A stretch of 64,000 nucleotides of DNA from an uncultured bacterium (GCA_963732385.1 CAVSZB010000002.1:160001-224000), one strand, 5' to 3'; counted from the first letter of the stretch, positions 1 to 13,267 are shown. Notes: generated by a model from the sequence alone, not told the origin. Program-made: numbers and translations.

Positions 1-222
1 GCTGGCAGCGAGCAGATTGCCGCCGCTGTCGCCCGGGTCAACGCCCGGCTGCCCGACTACGCCCAACTGCGACGGTGGGCCGTGGTCGATGCGCCCTTCA
101 CTTTTGCCAATGGCCTGCTCACGGCCAATGGCCGCCCGCGACGGGCACACATCCTGGAACTCCATGCCGAGACGCTGGAGTCCCTGTATCCGGAGACGAC
201 CGCAACAGAGGCCACCACCTGA
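1..222 (+). CDS. AMP-binding (long-chain acyl-CoA synthetase-like) protein, C-terminal fragment
   Basis: Frame 1 reads ...VARVNARLPDYAQLRRW...PFTFANGLLTANGRPRR...*, a typical acyl-CoA synthetase C-terminus. The TGA overlaps the next ATG (TGATG). Confidence 0.75.
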   Translation, partial: AGSEQIAAAVARVNARLPDYAQLRRWAVVDAPFTFANGLLTANGRPRRAHILELHAETLESLYPETTATEATT

Positions 223-909
223 TGAGCAAAGCCAGACCGCACACCGCACAGCCGTCCTTCTACGACGAGCTGCAAGTCATCACGCATGAACGACCGGGAT
301 TTTCTGCTCGCGGCACCGATCATCAATGCGGCCTTCGCCGGCAAGATCAGCCACGCCCAGTACCTCGCGTTTCTCGGTCAGGCCTGGCATCACGTGCGGC
401 ACACCATGCCGCTGCTGATGGCCCTCGGCAGCCGGCTGCCGGAGCGCCACGCGGGGCTGCTCGACAATGTCCTGCACTACCTGGAAGAGGAAACCGGCCA
501 CGACGACTGGATCCTCAACGACATCGAAGCGGCCGGCGGCGACCGGCACGCCGCAGCCCGCTCGGCACCCAATGTCGAGACCGAGGCGATGGTGGCCTAC
601 GCCTGGGACACCATCATGCGCGGCAATCCGATCGGCTTTTTCGGCATGGTCTTCGTGCTCGAAGGCAGCAGCGCAGCGCTGGCACTGCGCGGTGCGGATG
701 CGATACAAAATGCACTGGGCCTGCCCGACAGCGCCTTCAGCTATCTGCGCAGTCACGGCACGCTCGACCAGGAACATGTGCAGGATCTCGCCACCATCCT
801 CAACGGGCTCAGCGAGCCGGACGACCGGGCTGCCGTGGTACGTTGTGCAAAAGCCATGTACTGGCTCTACGGCCACATGTTCCGCGGCATCGACCGCAAC
901 GCCGGCTAG
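222..909 (+). CDS. Heme-oxygenase-like diiron (TenA/PqqC/CADD-like) iron-containing redox enzyme; one frameshift near 285
   Basis: SFYDELQ.. then RDFLLAAPII. Metal-ligand motifs YLEEETGHDDWILND, VLEG and SHGTLDQEH. Confidence 0.8.
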
Positions 910-939
910 ACCACCGGCACACGACTGAGGAGACTGCAG

Positions 940-1767
940 ATGGATCTCGGGACAGCGCGCGTACTGCTCACCGGCGGCGCCGGCGGCATCGGCGGCGCGA
1001 TAGCGCGAGGCGCTGCTGGCCAAGGGTGCTGTCGGTGCTGCTGGTCGACATGAATGAAGTGGCCTTGCAGCACTTCGTCAGCGAGCGGCTGGCGCAATAC
1101 GGCGACCGGGTCGCAACCCTGGCTGCCAACCTGACACGCGCCGACGACCGGGCACTGGTCAGCGCACAGGCGCAGCATTTTCACGGCGGCATCAACGTGC
1201 TGATCAACAATGCCGGCGTCAGCCACTTCCGCCTGCTCGATGAGCAGGCACCGGAAGCCATCGACCTGGCACTGGCCGTGAATCTGCAGGCACCGATTCA
1301 CCTGTGCCGCCTGCTGTTGCCACATCTGCGCCGCCAGCCCGCGGCACATATCCTCAACACCGGCTCGGTATTCGGCAGCATCGGCTATCCGGGCTATGCC
1401 GTGTATTCGGCGACCAAGTTCGGCATGCGCGGCTTCAGCGAAGCGTTGCGCCGGGAACTCGGCGACAGCACGGTGCGCGTGCACTACCTGGCACCGCGCG
1501 CCACGCGCACCGGCATCAACACGGCCGAGGTCGAACAGATGAATGCGCGAACTCGGCGTGGCCATGGATCCGGTCGCAACCGTGGCCGCAGCCGCCTGCC
1601 GGATTCTCGAAACCGAAGCGAGCGAAACGGTGGTGGGCTGGCCGGAAAAGCTGTTTGCCCGCATCAATGGCGTACTGCCCGGTGTGGTCGACAAGGCCAT
1701 CGTCAAACAGCTCGCCATCATCCGGCGTTACGCCGCCATCAAACCGGCCACCACGCCATCAGCCTGA
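940..1767 (+). CDS. Short-chain dehydrogenase/reductase (frameshifts near 1010 and 1540)
   Basis: GAGGAG RBS; VLLTGGAGGIG Rossmann motif, INNAG, and catalytic YSATK. Confidence 0.85.
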
Positions 1768-1778
1768 GGAATAACCCC

Positions 1779-2445
1779 ATGTTCAACACGATCCGTCTGC
1801 TATCCACCGGCCTCGCCACCGTGCTGGTCGGCATCAGCCTGAGCAGCACACGCGGCACCGGCGACTTTCGATGCCGAACTGCTGGCCATACAGACCGACT
1901 GGGCGACTGCCAACTACACCACGGCCGAGCCTCAGCGGGAGGCTGCCTTCGACAAGCTGATCGTGCGTGCCGCCGCCCTCAGCAGCCAGAACCCGAAACG
2001 CGCCGAGGCGCTGATCTGGGAAGGCATCGTGCTGAGCACTGCGGCCGGCGTGAAGGGCGGGCTGGGTGCACTCGGTCTGGCCAAACAATCGCGGGAAAAA
2101 CTCGAAGCCGCACTGGCCATCGATGCCAATGCGCTGGACGGCTCGGCCTATACCAGCCTCGGCACGCTCTATCACAAGGTGCCGGGCTTCCCGGTCGGTT
2201 TCGGCAGCGACAAGAAAGCCAGGGAGTATCTGCGCAAGGCGCTGCAGATCAACCCGAATGGCATCGACCCGAACTACTTCTATGCCGAGTTCCTGTACGA
2301 CGAGGACGACTACGCTGGCGCCCTGCAGCATCTGGAGAAGGCGCTCAAGGCAGCACCGCGGCCCGGTCGCGCCTCGGCCGACGAAGGCCGGCGTCAGGAC
2401 ATCCAGAAACTGATGGCCAAAGTCCGCAAGGAACTCACCAGTTGA
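1779..2445 (+). CDS. Secreted TPR-repeat protein (frameshift near 1850)
   Basis: Hydrophobic N-terminal signal-like segment; helical repeats AYTSLGTLYHKVPGFP...AREYLRKALQINPNGIDPNYFYAEFL. Confidence 0.75.
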
Positions 2446-5400
2446 CCGAATAGATCAGGTCGAGCGCCTGCTCCTCGCCGGAGCTGGCCTCGATGCTGAG
2501 ACGGCGGCCGATCTTGTAGGTGACCCATACGGTGCCGAGGTTGTCGAACACGCCGTAGCTGTAGCGGATGTACAGGTCATCGCCGAGCTGCTCGCCGACC
2601 ACGACGGCTGTGCTGCCGGTGCTGGTGGTGTCCAGCGCCGATCTCGTCGACGCTTGAGTGCCGAGCCGAGCTTCTGCGCAACCGGCAAGGCACCATTGAG
2701 CCCGAGGCTCACCGCCGTGCTGGCCACCGAGTACTGATCACCGGCACCTGCGGCCGACAGCGGCCGGCCGGTGGTCAGGTAGGACAGCGCATCCATCTCG
2801 CCCATCGCCGGCTCGGAGAACACGCGGGTGAGGATGCGCGACAGCGTGCCCGACAGCAGCACACCGACGGTGATCTCGCTGCCTTCGTAGCTGATCTTCG
2901 CGGCTGGCCTTCACATCGAGGCCCGGATCGGTCACATCGCCGGCAAACATCAGCGAGCCCCGGTCGATATCGAGCTTCTGGCCGAAGGCGGCGAACTTGC
3001 CCTCCTCGAGCTTGATGACCCCGTCGGCACTGACACCGTTCTGGCCGGCAAGCTGCGCATGCGAGAGGCTCATCTCGCCCGTGAGCCTGGTCTTGAGGCC
3101 GAAGCCTTCGAAACTGACCTTCTCGCCGAGCTGCACCCGCAGGCCATCGAGCACGAACAATGCCGGTGCCTGCCGCGACGGCCACCTGGCTGCGGCCGTG
3201 CACCACCGTGTCGGTCGACGGTCTGCACGGCACTCTCGGCTATCTTCTTCAGCCTGATGTCGGCACGCGGCACCAGCACTTCGCCACTCACCAGGAACTG
3301 GCGCTCGCGCAGGACCACGCGCACGTTTGGCGAAACCTGCACCAGGCCATTCGGCAGGTTGATCACTTCGAAGACACGTCCGCGGATGGCGAGTTCGGCC
3401 TCGGGCAGCAGACCGGTCGCGCCACAGTACCGTGCCGTCCACACCGACATGACCCTTGCCGGAACGTGCGCCACCCTTGATGACGGCCGCACCGTCCTCG
3501 CGACCGAGTATCGCCAGCGCGATCCGGTCCACTTTCACGCCAGCCGCAGGCAGGCTGAGTGCCCCATCGATCAACTCGAGCCCGCCGCTGATGTCGGGGC
3601 GGCGCGGATTGCCGGACAGTCCGGCGCGCAACTCGATGCGCCCGCGGACGTCGCCGATGTCGATGAAGCGCTCGATGACGGGGCTGATCGGCACCAGGTC
3701 CGGGATGCCGCCGGCCACGGTACCGCGGATCACCGGCTCGGCACCGAAGGGATCGTCCACCACGCCGCCAGCAGCCAGCGAGAGGCCAAAGCCCGCCGCA
3801 AGCCGACCCGAATAACTGAGCTGCGCATCGGTGAGGCTGGCTTCCAGCATGAATTCGCTGATCGGTACGGTGATGTCATCTCCGTCGCCATCGGTACGGT
3901 AGATGAATGCCGCATCCTGCAATCCGGCCTGCAGCGTGCCGGTCACATCCGACTGGTACTGCCGGAAATCGATTTCCACAGCGGCCGTACCCTCCAGCGC
4001 CACCGCGGTACCGAGGTACGCGGCGAGACTGGCCAGCGGAAAGCGGCTGAGACGCAGGCCGCCACCCATGCCCTGCCTGTCGGTCCAGCTATCCGTCAGG
4101 CAGAGCTGTGCGGTCGAGAGCCCCCAGCAGTGTGCGCCCAGGCGGATATCGGCACCGGCAAGCCGCAACACCGCGGCCTGCTGCAGCGTCCAGTGCTGCG
4201 CACCGGGCAGAATGACAAAGCCCTGCGTGAACTCCTCGCGGAGCACACCGTCTTTGAGCATGCCGGTGGCCTCCAGACCCACCGTGACTTCGCCACCCGC
4301 GAGCGCGATACGCAGCGTGTGGGCATCGAGCACGCCACCGGCAAGCACATCAAGGTCACCCAGCTGCTGCCCGGTCACGGCAATTCCGCTGGCCGTCAGA
4401 TTCGAGATCCAGTGCATTGCGCGCACCGAGCCCGCCGCGCGCGCGCAGGGCGTCGACGCGCAGCGCACCGATGCCAAGCTTTTCGCCATCCAGCACAAGC
4501 TGGAAGCCCGGCTTCTCGGCCGTTCCGCCGATCGTGCCAGTAGCCGCGCAGCCAACCCTCGAGTCCCGGCCAGAGCGTGGCCAGATCGGGCGCATCGATG
4601 CTGAACTGTCCGGACAGTGCGGGCCCCCAGATGCCGTCGATATCCAGGCGGTTGGCACCGGCCAGGACCTGCACTTCATCGAATGCGTAGCCGACATCGG
4701 CGCTCGCCACCAGGCCGGAGGCGCGGAACTGGCGATCGAACAGTCGCCCCCTGGCCTCGCGCAGCTGAAAGGAGAAATTGCCGGTCGGATCGAAGCCCAG
4801 CTGCCCATCGAAATCGATCCTGCCAGCCAGGCGCGGATCCACAGGGCGCGGATCGATGCCGCGTCCGCGCAGCGCAAAGGCCCCACGCAACCCCGCCACG
4901 TAATTGAACAGGCCCTGGCCGTCGACGGTACCCGCCGGACCGGCCAGGCGCAGGCGGTCGACAGCGAATTGCCGCAGGTCACCGGTGCCGGCAGCCCGGA
5001 GCTGCATGCGCGGCCAGGCGCCGAGCGCAACGCCGGCATCGAGATCCGCACTGAAGTTGCCGGTCCAGCCGCGCAACTGCAGTTGGCCACGATCGCTGCG
5101 CAGCGTGCCCGCGGCACCGAGTTCACGGCTGACATCGCGCCAGCGTGCACCGACGATGATTTCGGGCTCATCCGCCAGCAGACGCAACACACCGCCAACG
5201 CCTACCGGATCCGGGATACGCACCACCTGCTCGAAGCGCAGTGCCTGCAGATCACCACGCAGCGGTCCCTGCCCGGCGAGATCCTGTCCGGGGACCGACC
5301 AGCGCAGGCGGGCCTCGGTCGCAAAGGGCTCGCCGGTCCCGAAGGTACCCCCGGCAGACAGTTCGATGCCGGCAAGCTGCATGGCCAGCGTACTGAAGCC

Positions 5401-5896
5401 GATCGTGCCATCAGCCAGTTCACCCTGCAGGCGCACGGCATCCATGACGAAGGGCTCACCGTCGCCGATGCGGACCTGCACATGCCCGACCTCGATACTG
5501 TCGGCAGCGATCACGACCGGCAGCAGCAGCGGCATGACCGGCGTATCGGGCTCATCGGCCGGACGCGGGCCGACCTCGACGCTGACCTCACCGGCCCGGG
5601 CCGTGGTCAGGCGCACACGACTGCGCAACAGATCGGGCCAGAACACGGCCACTTCCGCTGCCGAGATCAGCACACGGGTGCGCGTCACCTGAATCTCGAT
5701 GCGGTCGGCGCGCAGGCCGCGCAGCAGGCTGCCTTGCAGGCCACTGACACTGATTGCGCCGTCGGTCCGGGCCGCAACCGCGTCCGACCAGCCAGCTGCT
5801 GCCGGTCGGCGTCGCGAACAACCACAGGAACAGCAACACCACTGCCAGCAGCACTGCGAGCAGTGGCAGACAGCACCCGGCTGGCCAGCGCGCCAA
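2435..5896 (-). CDS. tamB: Translocation/assembly module TamB (several frameshifts)
   Basis: N-terminal anchor (LLFLWLFATPTGSSWL); DUF490-like C-terminus (FEGFGLKTRLTG, GKFAAFGQKLDIDRG, DALSYLTTGRPL, EEQALDLIYSVNW*); lies directly downstream of tamA. Confidence 0.85.
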
Positions 5897-6009
5897 TCAC
5901 AGGTCCGGTCCCAGCGAAATGTGAATGCGCCAGGAGTCCGGCGCATCGTCATCCAGCGGCACGCCGACATCGAAACGCACCGGCCCCAGCGGCGAGTACC
6001 AGCGGATGC
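5897..6009 (-). CDS. tamA: TamA/Omp85 outer-membrane protein, last ~36 codons only (truncated at junction)
   Basis: Reverse strand reads IRWYSPLGPVRFDVGVPLDDDAPDSWRIHISLGPDL*, the Omp85/TamA terminal beta-strands. Confidence 0.85.
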
Positions 6010-8585
6010 TGTTCTGCAGATGGCACAAAATCGTGGCGCATTAGCAGCTGTTAACTCGGATTATTTTGATATGAAGTCGAATACACCGAGCTTTGGGCCT
6101 GTAATTACACAAGGAATTGTAAAACATGCGTATAACAATTCAAAAGTAGGGCTTGGACCAACACTTGATATGGCAACGCTTTTAATTGATAATCAAAACC
6201 AAATCCTTATGGAGAATTTTGGAATGAAGTTTGAGATTCATGTCAATGGCCACAAAGTGGCTGATGCAAGTGGACGCAATAATATTGGAACGAATGTTGG
6301 GATCCCGATTATTTTAGATAGCTCATTTTATAAAGATAACAGTGTAGCGGTTAAGAAAACAAAAGGCGTATACACTGTTGTCGTAGAAAATGATACAATA
6401 ACCTATCAATCTAAAATTAATGAAGTGGTACAAGTACCGCAAAATGGTTATCTTATTGTAATGGACACCAATAATACAGCAGCTAATTATCCTAAGATGC
6501 CCGTAGGCAGCACGATTGAAATTAAACAAACAGTTACTTTAAACAGCCAAGTAGGACCGAGTGTCGAGAACTTGAAGTTTGGAATTGGTGGTGGTGGACT
6601 TCTTATGAGAAATGGTGCACCTTATCAAGGGAAAGCGCATAAGGTTTCACCATCTGCTAGAAATCCTAGAACAATTGTTGCCACAACGAATAATCCGAGT
6701 GAAGTATTGTTAGTAGGAATTGATGGCAGAGGAAATTCTGTTGGCGTTACACATACTGAATTACTCAATCTTTTAAAACGCTATAACATAAAAGATGCTA
6801 TGTACTTAGATGGTGGTGGCTCAACAACAGTTGTAGCACGTAACGAAGGAAAGAGCGCTGTGACACTTCAAAACACACCATCTGAAGGATCACAAAGAAG
6901 AGTTGTTAATGGAATTGGCATATTTTCAACATCAACACCAGGAACATTAACAAATTTATACATAGAAGCACCACGTAATAGAACTTTTATTGGAGAACCT
7001 ATAAAATTCACATTAAGAGGGACTGACGAAAACAGTAATCCCGTTAATGTGCCGAAAGAAAATTTGAGTTTCAATGTGACGGGCCTCACAGGAACTTGGG
7101 ATGGACTTAACTTTACACCCGATACTGAAGGTGATGGACTTGTTATCGTGAATGCAAATGGTGTTGAAGTTGCAACACAAATTCACGTAGAAAAGGCACC
7201 AACAGGACTTCGTGTTGAACCTTCTAAGTTGCAATTAGCACCAAATAGTTCACAAAATGTGCAACTTTATGGAATTGACAAAGATGGGTATAAAATCCCT
7301 ATAAATAGTCAAAATATAAGTTGGACAAGTAATAGTCAAGTAGCGAGTGCTAACGGCAATAACGTAGCGTCACAAGGAAAAGGTGTTGCGACCTTAACGG
7401 CTACTTACAAAAATGCTACAGCAAAACTTGGTGTTATTGTAGGAGATTCTGTTGTTGCTCTAGATTCTTTTGAAAAAACAACCGGTAAGTGGGCTGGTGA
7501 TACAAGCTCTGTAAAGGGCAAAGTAGAACCATCGAAAGATCTCAAATATCACGGTAATCAAGCTATTAAAATGACATATACTTTTGAAAAGAGTAATAAC
7601 AAGCAAGTTGCGTATACTGTGTTATCAACACCAATTGGGCTTCCAGTAGACACAAACTCATTTAACATGTGGGTGTATGGTAAAAACCAAGGTGACACTT
7701 TAAAAGCAGTGGTTGTTGATGCTGCAGGCAAAGTACATTACCTAAAACTTGCAGACAATATTAATTTCAATGGATGGAAGTATGTGAGTGCACCACTTAC
7801 TAGTGAAATTAAACTACCTGCTAAAATTACAAAGCTTTACACTTATGCAAATACAGTAGATAAGAAACGTACATCAGCAGTTTATTTTGACCATGCATCA
7901 ATCACAAGGGGGAGTAGAGATACAGCAGGAATTAACATAAGAGATGATTATCGTTTTGACCCCATGTATAAAGAAAGTTTACAAGCACCAGCAAATGGTG
8001 AGACCATAATCAATGCTGTAGGGCCTACAGCCACAAAAGGAATCGTTCTTGGCAATGATGCAACCGGTAAAATGGCTGATATTCTTAAACAAAATGCAAG
8101 TATGATTTTACAAGCAGCAAGTAGCAACACAAAAATGTCATTAATTTAAAATACATATACTTACCAAAATAAATATCAAGAAGTTAACGCCAATAATACA
8201 CAAGTAATATTTGTAGGAACGGATAATGGTGGTATAAGAAGTACATCAGTAAGCCAGTGGACAAATCTTAAGAAATCTTTAGAGGCAGGTAGCCAAAAAC
8301 ATGTTATTATTGTAATGAGTAAAAATCCTTTAACACAAATTTGGGGATGCAAGAGAAGGTAAAGCATTACATGATTACTTAAAAACTTTTAAAGAAACAA
8401 CTGGTAAAAACGTATTTGTTATAACAACAGGTGGTAATGAACCAGAAGTTAAGATAGAAGATGGCATTCGTTATTTAAGAATTAATGGATTAGAGACAGC
8501 AACTGACAATATTAGAGACGGTAAGTTTATAAAATTCAAAGTTGCAGGTGATAATATATATTATACTTTTGAAGGATTACAATAG
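6010..8585 (+). CDS. Phosphodiester glycosidase (NAGPA) family secreted protein; 5'-truncated, frameshifts near 8145 and 8340
   Basis: AAVNSDYF, GIGGGGLL, ARNPRT, GIDGRG, AMYLDGGGSTT and PSEGSQRRVVNGIGIF motifs, followed by Ig-like/CBM-like segments and a degenerate C-terminal domain. Confidence 0.8.
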
Positions 8586-8685
8586 AATTTTAAGAGTATA
8601 AAGAGCTTTAAATTAGACCGGGTAGCATAAAGCTCCCCGGTTATACTTCATATAGGCGTAACACCAACAAAATGGAGGGATACAA

Positions 8686-9216
8686 ATGAAAAGATACGGT
8701 AGGATAGTAACAATGATTGCAACAGGTATTCTTTTGATTACAACAGCCTATGCCTTTACTGGTGAAGCGGGCAGCAGTAGTGATCCTGTCGTTACAAAAA
8801 GCTATGTTGATCAGAAAATAGCACAACTAGGATCAACAGGGAATGGCAATAATTCTGGGGTTAGTACCGATGTAGCAAAGCAATTAAAAGACCAACAGGA
8901 TATGATAGAAATTTTAGTGAATGAACTCAATCAACTTAAAAGCCAAACGAGTAGTACATATGAAATTGTTACAGTTCCAGAAGGAAAATCGATTATTGGT
9001 AAACAAGGAACAGAAATTATCATAAGAACGGGTGAAGGAAAAGCTATTGGTTCAGAAGCCGGTGGACTTCAAGATATGACACTTGGAGCTGACATATCAA
9101 ATGGTATGCAAATTACACCTTACCATTTGATTATCATACCAAGGGAAGATGGAAGAGGTATTAATGCGACAACATCTTTAATAGTAATGGTACGTGGTGG
9201 GTATAGTATACAATAA
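8686..9216 (+). CDS. Hypothetical secreted protein
   Basis: GGAGG RBS, signal peptide, GSSSDPVVTKSYVDQ, intact 176-aa ORF. Confidence 0.75.
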   Translation: MKRYGRIVTMIATGILLITTAYAFTGEAGSSSDPVVTKSYVDQKIAQLGSTGNGNNSGVSTDVAKQLKDQQDMIEILVNELNQLKSQTSSTYEIVTVPEGKSIIGKQGTEIIIRTGEGKAIGSEAGGLQDMTLGADISNGMQITPYHLIIIPREDGRGINATTSLIVMVRGGYSIQ

Positions 9217-9278
9217 GATAATATGAATATGTGGTTGGAAAGGAGTAAGCAAGAAAGTTAATTCTTGCTACAAAGCCT

Positions 9279-11205
9279 ATGAAAAAGCAAATAAAGGGGA
9301 TTTTGGGTATTATAACCATTATCTCGTTAGTAATATGTGTGGGTATTGGAGTTTTTAGAATCAATGTAGAAAAACAGTATAAAGCTGTTGAAATAGCAGT
9401 AAGATATACAGATGTACTAAAGATAGCACAGCAAACAGACCGTTCCGTAGAGGCTGTGTTAAAAGACCTAAAGGAATCAGGTGCGAATACACTATTTGTT
9501 AGGGAAAACACAGTAGTCCCTAATTTAAGAGGGGAAATGTCAAATTATAAAGAGCAAGGTAAAGCAACTTACTATGAAGGATATGATTTTTAAGAAGATT
9601 TTACCCTGATGAAAATAACATTGTGCCACAATTTATTTATATTGAAGCACTTGACGAACAAACCCTTAATACAATTTACGATAACCTATCCTTAAAAGGG
9701 TTATCAGTAGCCAAAGTCGTTGAGGGGGGTAAAACTTTCATTGAACTTAGATCATCACTTGGAAGCTTAAGTACAGTGGGTGTTGGTTTTACACAAGAGG
9801 ACTTAGAGGTTCCCGACAAAACTTGGGTATGTCATATCACCACAGATAAAGAGTTGGCTAAATCCCACAGAAGAAAGCTTGGTTTATATAAAACAAGCAA
9901 TTGAGGCTATTCCTAATGTAGGGCCTATCTATTTTGCAGATCAGGATATTTTAGGCAGTAGTTCACCAATTATTCAGGAAATGATAGGAGAACATCAATT
10001 AGGCTTCGTAGAGTTTTTTCAACAAAACAAAAAGGCTTTGGAAAACTTGCAAAAGCAGTTAGTGAAGGCGGTACTAACTTCAATGTTGTAAGATTGCATA
10101 CATTAACAGATGCAGAAGTATCTGAGTATGATACAAGAAGTATTTTAGACCGCTTTTTACTTGCAATGGAGGAAAGAAATCTAAGAGTATTCCTATTTAA
10201 AATGCCAAGTAGTAATAACATTGAAAAAGATATGAATGATGTCAAAGCGCATATGGAAGCTTTAAGTGCGACTATTAAGAAAAAGGATATAGTCTTGGTG
10301 GTGGTATTGATAACTTTAATTTAAAAGCAGGCAATTATGTACTCTCTTTACTTGCAGGAATAGCATCACTGTGCATCTTTGTATTAATTTGTATGAAACT
10401 TGGATTTGATCGCTTTGGATACATTGTAGGAATAATCGGTGTTATTGGATATGCAGGGCTTTTAAAATTGTCACCTAATTTAGGTCTTAAAATGATGGCT
10501 TTATTTGGTGCTACAATGTTTCCAACTTATGCAGTACTGAGTGTACTAGATACAAAAGCTTATAGTTTGAAGAATACAATCTTTGCCTTTTTAAAGGCGT
10601 CAATTATTTCTTTTGGCGGTGCTTTAACAATTATAGGAACAATTTCAAGAACAAGTTTTGCACTTGGAATTGATGTGTTTGCCGGGGTTAAACTAGCCCA
10701 TGTAATCCCTTTGGCACTTGTATTAATCATTGTTATTTATCAAGAGCATGGTTTTGACGTTAACTATGTTAAACGTATTTTAACGAGCAAAGTTACTTAT
10801 TTAGCGTTAGCACTTATGGCAATACTTGCAATGGTACTCTTTATTTATACTTCAAGAACGGGCAATACGGGTCAAATTTCAGATGTAGAGTTACAAATGA
10901 GACAGATATTAGACACCGTTTTAGGGGTAAGACCAAGAACTAAAGAATTTTTAATAGGGCATCCTATTATGATTGCACTCCTATATTACGGTTACAAAGA
11001 AAAGTATTTACCATTCTTAATATTTGGGATGATTGGGCAAATTTCACTCGTGAATACGTATGCCCATATCCACACACCTGTTATGGTTTCATTGATTCGT
11101 TCAGGATATGGAATTGTGATCGGACTGGTAGTGGGTATAATCTTAATTTATGTTATTAAATTAGTAGCTAAGGTGATTAAAAAATGGGATCTAAAAACAA
11201 GATAG
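9279..11205 (+). CDS. DUF5693-like membrane protein (multiple frameshifts)
   Basis: Consecutive ORF fragments with ERNLR, FAGVKLAH, GVRPRTKEFLIGHP and QISLVNTYAHIHTP; located upstream of csaB. Confidence 0.75.
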
Positions 11206-12258
11206 TTTTATCAGGATATTATGGGTTTGACAATATTGGTGATGAGGCCGTGTTATATGCAATTATTACTGCACTTAGACAAATAAAATCGGATGTAGAG
11301 ATTACAGTATTGTCCAACAACCCACAAAAGACGGAGCAGTATACGGGGTTGCATCAGTTAATCGTTGGAAAATTAAAGAAGTCGTAAAGTAATTAAGGAA
11401 AGCACGACTGTTAATTAGTGGGGGTGGAAGTTTATTACAGGATGTGACGAGTAATAAAAATATTCCTTACTACTTAGGCATTGTAAAAATAGCAAATTTT
11501 TATAAAAAACCGGTTGTGTTTTATTCACAAGGAATAGGTCCCGTTAATAAACCATTCAATCAAAAATTGCTTAAATGGGCTAGCAAAAAAGTAAGTCATA
11601 TTTTTGTTAGAGAAGAGGCGTCGAAAGCTACTTTGGAAAATATGCATGTAGCAGTGCCAATAACAGTTCAATTGAACCAGTTATTGGTATTGAACTTGAT
11701 GACATTGAGGGCACAACTTAAAAAAACAATGACAGGTAAAATGAATATCGGTATTTATATTAGACCTTGGGACGATGATGCAACGTTGCTAGAGAATTTA
11801 GCAAGTGCGATTAACCCTTAATCGATAAGGGCTATCAGTTTTATGCCATTCCAATGTATTTTAAACAAGATTTAGAGATTGCACAAAAGCTTAGTGAAGA
11901 AACTAGTCACAAGCTAAAAGTAATTGACACACCACTAACGATAGAAGAGACTGTTGCGTATACGTCAGCATTTGATATGATTGTTGGGATGAGACTACAC
12001 AGTTTAATTATGGCAGCTGCTGTAGCAACACCTATGATTGCTTTATCATATGACCCAAAAGTGAAGGATTTTTCTAAGACAATCAAAAATCCATATTGTT
12101 TTGATGTGGATACAGTTACAGACGAAGTATTGTTAGAGGCTAGTGAATACATTAATTTTAGATCATGAGAACGAACATGGCGTCTTTTAGCATTACAAGA
12201 GGATTGTAGGGAAAAAGCCTATTTACCAGCAACGTATATTAGACAGTTACTCAAATAG
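11184..12258 (+). CDS. csaB: Polysaccharide pyruvyl transferase CsaB (frameshifted)
   Basis: IVLSGYYGFDNIGDEA, SGGGSLLQDVTS, YSQGIGP, GMRLHSLI, LSYDPKV. Confidence 0.9.
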
Positions 12259-12269
12259 GAGGGGAAACG

Positions 12270-12998
12270 ATGAAAAATAAAATAGATATACTGGGTGTAC
12301 CCGTGGATAAAATTACAATGGATGCCGCCGTTAATAAAGTTCGTGGTTTTATAAAAGAGGAAGGTGTTCACACGATTTTCACACCAAATCCTGAAATTAT
12401 TATGATTGCAGATGAAAATCCAGAGTTCAAAAGGATTTTAACCGAGGCAGATATGGTTGTACCGGATGGTATTGGGGTTGTTATTGCCTCTAAAATCCAA
12501 AAAGGCGAACGTTTGCCAGAGCGTGTTGCAGGGTATGACTTGGTACAAAATACAATGCAAGATGCGGTAGAGCATAATTATAAATACTATTTCTTTGGGA
12601 GTAAGCCAAAGGTTGCCGAACTTGCAGCCGATAAAATGCGTCAGAAATATCCTGGTATTCAGATCGTAGGATTGCCGTGATGGATACTTTAAAGAAAAAG
12701 ATATTCCAAGCATCATCGATGATATTAACAATTCAGGGCTAATATTGTGCTTGTTGCACTTGGTGCACCAAAGCAGGAAGTATGGATTGATACTTATAAA
12801 GAACAATTGACAATGTAAAGGTTGCAATTGGTGTCGGGGGAAGTCTTGATGGAATGGCGGAAATTGTAAAAAGAGCGCCTGTAATTTTTCGAAAAATGGG
12901 GCCTAGAGTGGTTTTATAGACTAATTTGTGAGCCAACGAGAGCAAAACGTATGTTAGTTTTACCAAAGTTTGTTCTAAAAGTATGGCATCAGAAATAA
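12270..12998 (+). CDS. tagA: WecB/TagA/CpsF family glycosyltransferase (frameshifted)
   Basis: IFTPNPE, VPDGIGVV, ERVAGYDL, LVALGAPKQE, IGVGGSLD, EP.R.KR. Confidence 0.85.
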
Positions 12999-13267
12999 TT
13001 TTGGTGTCGTAATAAGAGAAAAATTTAGTACTCGATTAGCATTTCGGAAAACCTATACAAATAATGGGTCTTTAAAATACGTTATAAACAGGAAATCTGA
13101 ACATTATGACAACTACCAATTAATTGGAAAAAAAGTTTAGGCATAGTAGCTAAAATAAAAATAGGTATTTTAGAGAAATAGCGAATAGCGTGACTTTGAA
13201 AAATATAGTATAGTTTAAGTCAGTTGAACAAGCCTAAGAAATTATTTGAGCCAAGGGGGAAATAAAA

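Noticed and set aside
2435..2445. 11-bp convergent overlap of the TPR gene and tamB
   Set aside because: Short convergent overlaps are common and imply no function.
5699..8149. 816-aa ORF as a novel fusion protein
   Set aside because: It spans the chimeric junction, and its N-terminus is antisense to tamB/tamA.
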